Assembly (NCBI GenBank): GCA_036562845.1
Contig: DATCJJ010000054.1
Location: 287 to 64,286 of the forward strand
DNA length: 64,000 nucleotides
Source: Gaiellaceae bacterium
GTDB taxonomy: Bacteria; Actinomycetota; Thermoleophilia; Gaiellales; Gaiellaceae
Direction: 5' to 3'
Part shown: in pieces, positions 35,685 to 44,606 of the stretch
Numbering within the stretch: position 1 is the stretch's first letter
How the letters are laid out: the number at the start of each line of letters is the position of its first letter
Program-made: the position numbers and the translations under genes
The notes under the pieces: generated by a model
Told to the model about the DNA's origin: nothing
The model's database searches: none
What the model saw: the letters and a program-made list of their open reading frames with translations, nothing else

Positions 35685-36734
35685 CTAGTCGGGATTCGGC
35701 AGCATGAAGTCGCGGATCGTCGCGACGAGCTCCTGATACGACGCGATGAACGTCCTCAGCGTGCGGCGCGTCGCGCCGAAGTCGTCGAAATCGTCGATCG
35801 TCATCCCATCCGGCTCGTAGGCCCGCACGAAGTCCGGCACCTTGGCCGTGAGCTCCTCGAGCGCGTGCTCCGGCACGGGCTCGTCGAACCGCGGCTTCAC
35901 GTCGATGTCCGACGCGTTGAAGAGCTTCTGCCACTTGTACGGGATCGTCAGCACGATGTCGCCGCCGATCAGCTGCGACCAGTGGAGATGGTTGCGGTAC
36001 GCAGCCGCGAGCAGGCGGGTGCGATAGCCGCGCTCCCGGTAGATCGGGTACGCGCGCTTCACGCACGCGATGCCGGCCCAGTTGACGACGCCGGGGGTGA
36101 GCAGCGTCCCCGCCTTCCCGGCTGCAACCTCGAGCCAGTCGTCGAGGCGGCCGACCATGATCGTGCACACGGGCGTCATGTCGTCGGCACGGCCGCGCCG
36201 CTCGAGGCCGCGCTCCACGGCGGCGCCGACCGCGAGCGCCTGCGGGACCGTGAAGCAGACGGTTGCGTTGACGGTCACGCCCTGCGCCGTCAGCTCCTCG
36301 ATCGCGGCGATGCCCGCGCGTGTCGCCGGGATCTTCACCTGCATGTTCGGTGAGAGGGAGGCGAAGTGCAGCCCCTGCTCGACGAGCCGGTCGGCGTCGC
36401 GATAGAGCTTCGGGTTCGTCTGGATCGAGAGCCGGCCCTTTCCGAGCAGCAGCTGCGACGCCTTCGCCGCCATCTCCTCGATCAGCAGCCACGCGACCTC
36501 GTCCTCCGTCGCGCGCGGGTTGGTCGTGATCATCTCCGCGATCCGGTCGCGCCACAGCGGCATCTCCTTCTGCAGCACCTCGCCGACGATCGTGGGGTTC
36601 GACGTCGCCCCGGTCGCGCCGTGCTCGATCGCATAGGTCAGCTCCTCGATCGAGCACGAGTCGTTCCAGTAGTCGGTCGCGGTCGTGGTGACCGTTTCGT
36701 GCAGTGGGCTCTTGACGTCGGCGCTCGTGCTCAC
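35685..36734 (-). CDS. transaldolase-family protein
   Basis: ORF 35685..36830, trimmed to GTG 36734 (GTGA overlap with the iolD stop). Motifs GATGATSNPT and the Schiff-base Lys context NMQVKIPATRAGIAAIEEL. Confidence 0.8.
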   Translation of the reverse strand: MSTSADVKSPLHETVTTTATDYWNDSCSIEELTYAIEHGATGATSNPTIVGEVLQKEMPLWRDRIAEMITTNPRATEDEVAWLLIEEMAAKASQLLLGKGRLSIQTNPKLYRDADRLVEQGLHFASLSPNMQVKIPATRAGIAAIEELTAQGVTVNATVCFTVPQALAVGAAVERGLERRGRADDMTPVCTIMVGRLDDWLEVAAGKAGTLLTPGVVNWAGIACVKRAYPIYRERGYRTRLLAAAYRNHLHWSQLIGGDIVLTIPYKWQKLFNASDIDVKPRFDEPVPEHALEELTAKVPDFVRAYEPDGMTIDDFDDFGATRRTLRTFIASYQELVATIRDFMLPNPD

Positions 36735-38533
36735 AGGAACCTCCGCTCGGAAAGCTTCGCATGCTCGTACTCCTCGCGCGCCGCCCGCACGGTCGCCGTC
36801 TCGGAGACCTCCGCAACCGGGACGTCCCACCAGCTCTCGTAGCTCGGCACCCCGCGCGCGCGGTCGGTCGTGACGGCGATCACCGTCACGCCCGCCTGGC
36901 CCTTCGTCCTCTCGAGCGCGTCGCCGAGCTCGGCAAGCGACTCCGCGCGCACGACGTGCGCGCCGAGCGACGCCGCGTTCGCGGCGAGGTCGACCTCGGC
37001 GTTCAGCGCCGTGCCGAAGCCGTCGGTGCCGAGCGACCGCGACAACGAGCCGATCGACGCGTAGCCGCGGTTGTCGACGAGGACGATCGTCAGCTTCACG
37101 TTCTGCTCGACGGCCGTCACGAGCTCACCCGGGAGCATCAGGTACGAGCCGTCGCCGACGAGCACGTAGACCTCGCGCTCCGGCGCCGCCAGCTTCACTC
37201 CCATCCCGCCCGGGATCTCGTAGCCCATGCACGAGTAGCCGTACTCGACGTGGTAGCCCTTCGGGTCCCGCGTCCGCCACAGCTTGTGGAGATCTCCCGG
37301 CATCGAGCCGGCGGCGCAGACGACGACGTCCTGCGGCCGCGACGCGGCATTGACGGCGCCGATCACCGCGCTCTGCGCGAGCGGTGCCTCGTCGACCGCG
37401 TACAGCCGCGCCACTTCCTCGTCCCACTCACGCACGAGGCGCGCGCACTCTTCGCGGTACGCGTCGTCTACGGAGAAGCCGTCGAGCTGCTCGAGCGTCG
37501 CCCGCGCGTCGCCGACGAGCGCGATTCCGGCGTGCTTCGCGGCGTCGAACTCGGCGATGTTGACGTTGACGAAGCGGACGGCGGGATTGCGGAACGCGGT
37601 CTTCGAGGCGGTCGTGAAGTCGCTGTAGCGGGTGCCGATCCCGATCACGAGGTCGGCGTCCGCTGCGATGCGGTTCGCGGCGAACGTGCCGGTCGCGCCG
37701 ATCGCGCCGAGGTTCGACGGATGGTCGTACGGCAGCGATCCCTTCCCCGCCTGCGTCTCGCCGGCGGGGATGCCGGTGCGCTCGCAGAACGCCCGCAGCG
37801 CATCCGTCGCCTCCGAGTACACGACGCCGCCGCCGGCCACGACGAGCGGCCGGCGCGCGCGCTTGATCGCGTCGATCGCCGCCCCGAGCGCGGCCGCGTC
37901 CGGAAGCGGGCGCGGCACGTGCCACACACGCTCCTCGAGGAACTCCGGCGGCACGTCGAATGCCTCGGCCTGCACGTCCTGCGGGAACGCGAGCGTGACG
38001 GCGCCCGTCTCCGAGGGGCTCGTGAGCGTGCGCATCGCCGCGAGCGCCGCCTGCACGACCTGCTCCGGCCGTTCGAGCCGGTCGAAGTACCGCGAGACGG
38101 GAATGAAGCAGTCGTTGACGGAGACGTCGCCGCGCCCGGGCACCTCCAGCTGCTGCAGCACCGGATCCGGGAGGCGCGAGGCGAAGACATCGCCCGGCAG
38201 CAGCAGCACCGGCAGGCGGTTGACGGTCGCAAGCGCGGCGCCCGTGACCATGTTCGTCGCGCCGGGCCCGATCGAGCTCGTGCACGCGAACGCGCCGAGC
38301 CGGTTCAGCTGGCGCGCGTAGCCGACGGCGGCATGCACCATCGACTGCTCGTTTCGCGCGGGGATGAAGCGCAGCAGGTCCGGGCGCTCGTGGAGCGCCT
38401 GGCCGATCCCCGCGACGTTGCCGTGCCCGAAGATCCCGAAGCAGCCGCCGACGAAGCGGCGCCGCTCGCCGTCGCGCTCGACGACCTGGGCCGCGAGGAA
38501 GCGGACGAGCGCCTGCGCAGCCGTCAGGCGCAT
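36731..38533 (-). CDS. iolD: 3D-(3,5/4)-trihydroxycyclohexane-1,2-dione acylhydrolase (ThDP-dependent)
   Basis: 600 aa. N-terminus MRLTAAQALVRFLAAQ...FGIFGHGNVAGIGQAL and a ThDP motif GDGSYLM...N are characteristic of IolD. Confidence 0.85.
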   Translation of the reverse strand: MRLTAAQALVRFLAAQVVERDGERRRFVGGCFGIFGHGNVAGIGQALHERPDLLRFIPARNEQSMVHAAVGYARQLNRLGAFACTSSIGPGATNMVTGAALATVNRLPVLLLPGDVFASRLPDPVLQQLEVPGRGDVSVNDCFIPVSRYFDRLERPEQVVQAALAAMRTLTSPSETGAVTLAFPQDVQAEAFDVPPEFLEERVWHVPRPLPDAAALGAAIDAIKRARRPLVVAGGGVVYSEATDALRAFCERTGIPAGETQAGKGSLPYDHPSNLGAIGATGTFAANRIAADADLVIGIGTRYSDFTTASKTAFRNPAVRFVNVNIAEFDAAKHAGIALVGDARATLEQLDGFSVDDAYREECARLVREWDEEVARLYAVDEAPLAQSAVIGAVNAASRPQDVVVCAAGSMPGDLHKLWRTRDPKGYHVEYGYSCMGYEIPGGMGVKLAAPEREVYVLVGDGSYLMLPGELVTAVEQNVKLTIVLVDNRGYASIGSLSRSLGTDGFGTALNAEVDLAANAASLGAHVVRAESLAELGDALERTKGQAGVTVIAVTTDRARGVPSYESWWDVPVAEVSETATVRAAREEYEHAKLSERRFL

Positions 38534-38547
38534 CTATAACTCCCCTC

Positions 38548-39276
38548 GTGCTCCGCGTCCGCAGTCACGCACCCGACGAGGATGGGACGCTCGTGCAGGT
38601 CCGGCTGGAGTACGTCGGCTTCGAGGCTGTGCGGCTCGACGGGCGGATCGAGCGGCGTGACGACGAGCGCGAGACGTGCGTCGTGCTGCTCGCAGGGCAC
38701 GCGTCGCTCCACGGTCTCGGCGAGGCCGCGCGCGCCACGCCGTTCGACGGCCCGCCGGTCGCGCTCTACGTGCCCCCGCGCACGACGTGGTGGGCGGAGG
38801 GAACCGGCGAGCTCGCGATCTGCAGCGCACCCGCGCAGGGGACGCTCGAGCCGCGGCTGCTGGACTCGCCCGACCTGCTGACGCGGGGCGAGGGGACCGA
38901 GGAGCGTTTCATCGCGAACATCCTCATGGAGTCCGAGCCGGCGGAGTCGCTGCTCGTCACGGAGGTGGTCACGCCCGCAGGCCACTGGTCGAGCTACCCG
39001 CCGCACAAGCACGACACCGACGCCATGCCGGACGAGGCGCTGCTCGAGGAGACCTACTACCACCGGCTGCGCGGCGGCGCAGGCTTCGCGTTCCAGCGCG
39101 TCTACACCGACGACGGCTCGCTCGACGAGGGCGTCGCGGTGCAGGATGGCGACGTCGTGCTCGTGCCGCGGGGCTACCACCCCGTCGCCGGCGATCCGCG
39201 CGCAGACCTGTACTACCTCAACGTCATGGCCGGCCCGGTGCGCGCCTGGCGCGTCACCGTTGCGCCCGGTTACTGA
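38548..39276 (+). CDS. iolB: 5-deoxy-glucuronate isomerase
   Basis: 242 aa. KduI/IolB cupin with GHWSSYPPHKHD and LLEETYYH. GTG start 14 nt from the divergent iolD ATG. Confidence 0.8.
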   Translation: MLRVRSHAPDEDGTLVQVRLEYVGFEAVRLDGRIERRDDERETCVVLLAGHASLHGLGEAARATPFDGPPVALYVPPRTTWWAEGTGELAICSAPAQGTLEPRLLDSPDLLTRGEGTEERFIANILMESEPAESLLVTEVVTPAGHWSSYPPHKHDTDAMPDEALLEETYYHRLRGGAGFAFQRVYTDDGSLDEGVAVQDGDVVLVPRGYHPVAGDPRADLYYLNVMAGPVRAWRVTVAPGY

Positions 39277-40274
39277 CAGCCGCATGACCGGCGGACGACG
39301 AGCTCGACGGGGAGCCGCACCTCGGCGGGCTGCGGCACGGCAGTCGCCTGGAGGGCATGCAGGAGAAGCGACGCGGCAAGACGGCCCATCTCCTCCTCGT
39401 TCCGGCGCAAGGCCGTCAACGGGGGATCGAGGAGGTCGCCGTACGGCGGGTCGTCGAACGACGCGAGCGCGACGTCCTCGGGAACGCGCAGGCCGCGCCG
39501 CCGGCACGCGCTCAGCGCGCCGAGCGCAAACGACTCGCCCGCGGTGACGACCGCGGTGGGCGGCCCGTCCAGTGCGAGCAGGCGGTCCATCGCCTCTGCG
39601 CCGCTGTGGGCCGACCACGTCTTCGCACCGAACTGCATGTAGTCCTCGCGGTCGACGAGGCCGAGCTCGCGCGCGGCGGCGCGGTACCCGTCGAGGCGTT
39701 CCGTCCCGGACGTCAGCCCCGGGGGGCCGCCGATGAACGCGACGCGCTCGTGCCCGTGCTCGCGCAGGTGCTCGACGAGCAACCGCATCCCGGCCACGTT
39801 CGCGCGGGTGACGTTGCCGACGCCGCGGTTGAGGACGATGTTGTCGTAGTAGACGGTCGGCACCTGCGGCTCGGTGGTGGAGCCGCCATACGTGGCGACG
39901 AGGACGCCGGCGACGCGGTGCTCGAGGAGCGTCTGCAGGGCTTCTGCCTCGCGCGCGGCCTCGCGTTCGGTGTCCATGACGAGCACGGCGATGCCGTTCT
40001 GCTCGAACACGCCCTGCGCCCCCTTGACGACGCGGCTGTAGAACGGCGCGGCGATGTCCGGGACGACGATGCCCACGATGCTCGCGGTCTGCTTGCGCAG
40101 GGACTGCGCGAGCCGGTTGGGGCGGTAGCCGAGGCCGCGGGCCGCCTCGCGCACGCGGAGCTTCGTCGACTCGCTGATGCGCGGGCTCTCCTGCAGGGCG
40201 CGGGAGGCGGTCGACGTGGCGACGTGCGCTGCGCGCGCGACGTCGGCGAGCGTCGGCTGGCGCTCAGCTTCCAT
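39270..40274 (-). CDS. LacI-family transcriptional regulator
   Basis: 334 aa. HTH PTLADVARAAHVATSTASRAL plus a periplasmic-binding-fold effector domain. Confidence 0.85.
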   Translation of the reverse strand: MEAERQPTLADVARAAHVATSTASRALQESPRISESTKLRVREAARGLGYRPNRLAQSLRKQTASIVGIVVPDIAAPFYSRVVKGAQGVFEQNGIAVLVMDTEREAAREAEALQTLLEHRVAGVLVATYGGSTTEPQVPTVYYDNIVLNRGVGNVTRANVAGMRLLVEHLREHGHERVAFIGGPPGLTSGTERLDGYRAAARELGLVDREDYMQFGAKTWSAHSGAEAMDRLLALDGPPTAVVTAGESFALGALSACRRRGLRVPEDVALASFDDPPYGDLLDPPLTALRRNEEEMGRLAASLLLHALQATAVPQPAEVRLPVELVVRRSCGCQ

Positions 40275-41040
40275 TCCGCGCCCCCCGCACCAGCTCGAGC
40301 AGCTCGTCGACGATGCCCGGTGCCGCGCACAGGACCGACTTGCCCTCGAAACGAACCGCGGCTCCGGCCTCGCGTGCGATCAGCGTGCCGGCGTGACAGT
40401 CGATCGGCCCGAACTCGCCGATCAGCGTGGCGAGGGCACGGCCTGCGCCGACGCTCGCGAGCGAGAGCGCGTTCGAGCCCATGATGCGGGTGACGCAGCC
40501 GGCGTCCGACAGCCGCCCCATCAGCGCGGGCAGCCCGTTCCACACCCACTGCATCGTCAGCTCCGTCAGGAAGATCCCGCCGACGAGCGTGCCCGTGTCG
40601 ACACACTGCACCGGCGCGCCGTCGCGCCGCGCACCGCGTCCGCGAACGGCCGAGAGAACCTCCCGCCGGTACGGATCCGCGACCGCGCCGACTGCTGCGC
40701 CCTCCTCGTCGAGCACCGCGCAGCTGAACGACGACCACGGGAGGCCGTGCACGTAGTTCGTCGTGCCGTCGACCGGGTCGACGTACCACGTCGCGGCCGC
40801 GGTGTCCGCCTCCGTGGAGCCGAACTCCTCGCCGACGATGCGATCGTCGGGGAAACGGGCGGCCACGGCTTCGCGGACGTGGCGCTCGACCGCGAGGTCG
40901 GTCTCCGTGACCCAGTCGGCATCGTTCGTCTTCGTCGCGATCTCGTCGTGCTGCGGCCGCGTCGGGATCCGGTCGATCGCCCACCGCGCGAGCTCCTGGA
41001 CGAGCTCCGCGCGCGCCTCCACCTCCGCCGCGGTCAGCAC
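40264..41040 (-). CDS. inositol monophosphatase-family phosphatase
   Basis: Last 258 codons of ORF 40264..41826. Motifs DWVTETD, WYVDPVDGTTNY and a WSSFSC region. GTG 41040 overlaps the GDPD end by 7 nt. Confidence 0.85.
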   Translation of the reverse strand: MLTAAEVEARAELVQELARWAIDRIPTRPQHDEIATKTNDADWVTETDLAVERHVREAVAARFPDDRIVGEEFGSTEADTAAATWYVDPVDGTTNYVHGLPWSSFSCAVLDEEGAAVGAVADPYRREVLSAVRGRGARRDGAPVQCVDTGTLVGGIFLTELTMQWVWNGLPALMGRLSDAGCVTRIMGSNALSLASVGAGRALATLIGEFGPIDCHAGTLIAREAGAAVRFEGKSVLCAAPGIVDELLELVRGARNGS

Positions 41041-41714
41041 ACCCGCTCCAGCAGGTCGACGAGGTCGGCGACGCGATTGGTGATCACGGCATCGACGCCG
41101 AGATCGAGGCAGCGCCGCATGTCCTCGCGCCGGTCGATCGTCCAGACGGAGACGCCGGTGCCGCGGGCGTGCATCCGCTCGACCTCCGCGGGCCACCGCG
41201 CAAGCACTCGGCCGCTCGGGTTCCAGAGCTCGGCGCCGAGCTCGTCGAGCAGCGCGTCCGGACAGGGGGCGTCGCCGGTCCATGTGCACGCGATCCGCAC
41301 GGCGGGCTCGCGTGCGCGCAGTGCGCGGTGAGCCCCGTAGCACTCGCCGGAGAAGATGCACCGCTCGAGCGCGCCCGCCTCGAGCACGACGTCGAGCGCC
41401 GGCTCGGCGACCGCGGGCTCCTCGTAGTCGACCATCACCTGCACGGACGCCGGGATCGCCGCGAGCGCCTGCGCGAGGTCGGGGATGCCGAGCGCCCGCA
41501 CGTCGTCCGCCGCCAGCTCGCCGACCCGCCGTGCGACGCCCCACAACCGCTCGAGCGTCGGATCGTGGACGACGACAGGCTCGCCGTCCGCGCTGCAGCG
41601 CACGTCGAGCTCGATCATGTCGGCGCCCGCCGCGACCGCAGCCGAGAAGGCGGGGAGTGTGTTCTCGCGCTCCGTCACGGGGTCGCCGCGGTGGGCGATC
41701 ACGAGGACGCTCAC
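41034..41714 (-). CDS. glycerophosphodiester phosphodiesterase (GDPD family)
   Basis: Last 226 codons of ORF 41034..42656. Motifs VIAHRGD..ENTLPAF and ADMIELDVRCSADGEPVVVHD. GTG 41714 overlaps the ATPase stop (GTGA). Confidence 0.8.
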   Translation of the reverse strand: MSVLVIAHRGDPVTERENTLPAFSAAVAAGADMIELDVRCSADGEPVVVHDPTLERLWGVARRVGELAADDVRALGIPDLAQALAAIPASVQVMVDYEEPAVAEPALDVVLEAGALERCIFSGECYGAHRALRAREPAVRIACTWTGDAPCPDALLDELGAELWNPSGRVLARWPAEVERMHARGTGVSVWTIDRREDMRRCLDLGVDAVITNRVADLVDLLERVC

Positions 41715-42766
41715 GGCTCCGATTGCAGCGAGCCGTCGCGGTAGAGCACGGCCCGGGTGAAGCGGATGCGCGGCCGCTCGGACGCCGCCAGCTCCGGGGC
41801 GACGAACGCGCGCGCCTCGTCGGCACCGACCTTGAGGACGAGCTCCTTGTAATGGCCGCGCGGGATCTCGCGCACCACGGTCGCCTCGGCGCCGTCGCCG
41901 TTCGCCGCGATCGTGACGTCCTCGGGGCGGATGCCGACCTCGAGCATCCCGCCTCCGTTCGGCGAGACGCCCTCGCACGGGACCCGCGTCCCGTCCTCGA
42001 GCTCGATCGCGCCGTCGTGCACCGTCGCGCGATAGAAGTTCATCGCCCCCACGAAGCTCGCGACGAAATGCGTCGCAGGCTCGCGATAGAGCGTGCGCGG
42101 ATCGGCGTACTGCTCCACCTTGCCGCCCGACATGACCGCGATGCGGTCGGAGATCGACAGCGCCTCGTCCTGGTCGTGCGTGACGAAGACCGTCGTGATT
42201 CCGATCCGCTGCTGGATCGCGCGGATGTCCTCGCGGACGCGCACGCGCAGCTTCGCGTCGAGGTTCGACAGCGGCTCGTCGAGCAGCAGCACCTTCGGCT
42301 CGAGCACGAGCGCGCGGGCGAGCGCGACGCGCTGCTGCTCGCCACCGGAGATCCGCGCCGGATAGCTGTTCACATGGTGCGTCAGCCCGACGAGCTCGAG
42401 CACGCTCTCGACGCGAGAGCGGATCTCGGCCTTCGGCAGCTTGCGCAGCTTCAGGCCGAACGCGACGTTCTTGAACACCGTCATGTGCGGCCAGAGCGCG
42501 TAGTTCTGGAAGACCATCGCCGTCGGGCGCCGCTCGGGGGCGAGCGTGCTGACGTCGGCGCCGTCGATCAGGATCTGGCCGGCGTCCGGCTGGAGGAACC
42601 CGCCGATCATCCTGAGCGTCGTTGTCTTGCCGCAGCCGGACGGCCCGAGCAGGCACGTGAGCTCGCCCGCGTGGACCTCGAGCTGCATGTCGGCGACGAT
42701 CGTGCGGCCCCCGAGGTCCTTCGACACATGGTCGATCAGCAGTCCGGCGGGACGGGTTTCGCTCAT
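41711..42766 (-). CDS. ABC transporter ATP-binding protein (PotA/FbpC-like)
   Basis: Last 351 codons of ORF 41711..43570. Motifs GPSGCGKTT, ISGGEQQRVALARA and LLLDEPLSNLD. ATGA overlap with the permease stop. Confidence 0.9.
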   Translation of the reverse strand: MSETRPAGLLIDHVSKDLGGRTIVADMQLEVHAGELTCLLGPSGCGKTTTLRMIGGFLQPDAGQILIDGADVSTLAPERRPTAMVFQNYALWPHMTVFKNVAFGLKLRKLPKAEIRSRVESVLELVGLTHHVNSYPARISGGEQQRVALARALVLEPKVLLLDEPLSNLDAKLRVRVREDIRAIQQRIGITTVFVTHDQDEALSISDRIAVMSGGKVEQYADPRTLYREPATHFVASFVGAMNFYRATVHDGAIELEDGTRVPCEGVSPNGGGMLEVGIRPEDVTIAANGDGAEATVVREIPRGHYKELVLKVGADEARAFVAPELAASERPRIRFTRAVLYRDGSLQSEP

Positions 42767-43665
42767 CGGATCTGGAACCCCTCTGCGAGCCTGCCGCCCA
42801 TCACGTGCTTGCGCGCGAACGACATGAGCACGACGGACGGGATCGCGAGCAGGATCGAGAACACGGCCGCCGCCTGCTCCGGGTAGTTGAGGACGAGCGT
42901 GTACATCTCGGTCGGCATCGTGATGTAGTTCGGGATGCCGACGAGGAAGGTGCCCTGCGCCTCGTCGAACGCCGCGAGGAACGAGAGGATCATCGCGACG
43001 AAGATCCCCGGTGCGGCGAGCGGGAACGTGACGCGGAAGAACACGCGCAGCGGCCCGGCGCCGACGTCGCGCGCGGCTTCTTCGAGACTCCGCGGGACCG
43101 ACGAGAACGCGGCGGTCGGGATCCACGTCATGAACACGATCGTCCCGATCAACTGCACGATCACGACCCCGACGAACGTCCCCATCAGGTTGAGCGAGTA
43201 GAAGACGCCCGCCATCGACACGTAGAGTCCGATCTTCGGGAACGCGTTCGTCGCGAACAGCGACACGAGCAGCACGCGGCGGCCGGGAAAGTTGAAGCGC
43301 GAGAACGCGTACGCGGCCGGAACGCAGATGACCGACGACGCGATCGTCACGACGATCGCAAACTCGAAGCTGAGACGGATCGAGCGGCCCAGCGTCTTGT
43401 CGTCGAACACCGACCGCCACCACTGCAGGGTCCAGTGGCTCGGCAGGAACTGCGGGAACTGCCACAGCCCGGAGAACGCGCGCAGCATCAGCCAGACGAG
43501 CGGGCCGACCATGAAGAGGAGGAGCGCGGCGACGAGCGCGATGCCGAGCACCCGCATCGACATCGACCACGGCGTCATCCGCCGACGGCGGTTCGCGCGT
43601 GCGACCGGCAGCTCGGCCTGCTCGAGGCCTCCGAGCGCGACGCCCTGCTGCTCGACGGCGCTCAT
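42763..43665 (-). CDS. ABC transporter permease
   Basis: 300 aa. EAA-type loop SLEEAARDVGAGPLRVFFRVTFP. ATGA overlap with the upstream permease. Confidence 0.85.
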   Translation of the reverse strand: MSAVEQQGVALGGLEQAELPVARANRRRRMTPWSMSMRVLGIALVAALLLFMVGPLVWLMLRAFSGLWQFPQFLPSHWTLQWWRSVFDDKTLGRSIRLSFEFAIVVTIASSVICVPAAYAFSRFNFPGRRVLLVSLFATNAFPKIGLYVSMAGVFYSLNLMGTFVGVVIVQLIGTIVFMTWIPTAAFSSVPRSLEEAARDVGAGPLRVFFRVTFPLAAPGIFVAMILSFLAAFDEAQGTFLVGIPNYITMPTEMYTLVLNYPEQAAAVFSILLAIPSVVLMSFARKHVMGGRLAEGFQIR

Positions 43666-44606
43666 GTCGTCGAGCTCGCGCGCTTCGCCGCGCGGACGTT
43701 CGCCCAGACGTAGATCGTCCCGATCCCGGCGGCGAGGACGAAGACGATCATCGCCATCACCTCCGCCTGCTGCGGCTGGTTGAAGGAGCCGAAGAACTGC
43801 TGCATCGAGACGCCGAGGAGGTTCGGCGCGGACGGGCCGGTGAGATACGGCACCGTGAAGCTGCCGAGCACGTAGATCCCCGTGAAGGTGGCCACGATCA
43901 CCGTCGGAATGACGTTCATCGGCAGGAGCACCGATCGCACGGTCCGCGGCAGCGAGGCGCCGGCGTCTCGCGCGGCTTCGATCAGCGCGTTCGGGACCGA
44001 GTTGAGGCCGGAGCTCATCATCAGGACGCCGAACGGCACGTTCACCCAGATCTCGCCGATCACGACCGCGGTGAGCGTGTAGCCGAGCGTCGGAAAGCTG
44101 TGCCAGCCGAGGTGGTAGGCGAGCGTCTTCATGAAGCCGGTCGCCGCGTAGAAGGTGAGGATCGCGTACGACGCGATCACGACGGGGATGAACAGCGGGA
44201 TGACCGACAGCGCGGAGACGACACGAGAGAGCCAGTTGTTCGTCAACCGCAGGTACAGCGCGATCGCCCAGCTCACGAGGACGACGAGCGCGACGCTGAT
44301 GAGCGTCACCCAGATCGTCGCGTAGAGGTCCGTGCGGACGTGCGGGTTCCCGAGAACCTCCCGATACGCCCCCGTCGTCACGCCGTGATGCGCGACGTGC
44401 TGGCGCTGTGCGATCAGCGCGACGGTGGAGTTCGGACCTCCCGTCTTGCCGAGCGTGTAGGCGATCGCCGCCCCCACCGGAAAGCCGATGAAGACGGCGA
44501 CCACCGCGACCGGCGGGAGCACCATGAGCAACCCCTGGAGCTGCTCACGGCGCGCCCGCCTCCGTGCCCGACGGCGGAAGTCGGTTACGGCACCGACTGC
44601 TGCCAC
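43662..44606 (-). CDS. ABC transporter permease
   Basis: C-terminal part of ORF 43662..44933. EAA loop ALIEAARDAGASLPRTVRSVLLP. Start is uncertain: GTG 44606 overlaps the SBP end by 22 nt, and TTG 44531 and ATG 44525 are alternatives. Confidence 0.75.
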   Translation of the reverse strand: MAAVGAVTDFRRRARRRARREQLQGLLMVLPPVAVVAVFIGFPVGAAIAYTLGKTGGPNSTVALIAQRQHVAHHGVTTGAYREVLGNPHVRTDLYATIWVTLISVALVVLVSWAIALYLRLTNNWLSRVVSALSVIPLFIPVVIASYAILTFYAATGFMKTLAYHLGWHSFPTLGYTLTAVVIGEIWVNVPFGVLMMSSGLNSVPNALIEAARDAGASLPRTVRSVLLPMNVIPTVIVATFTGIYVLGSFTVPYLTGPSAPNLLGVSMQQFFGSFNQPQQAEVMAMIVFVLAAGIGTIYVWANVRAAKRASSTT

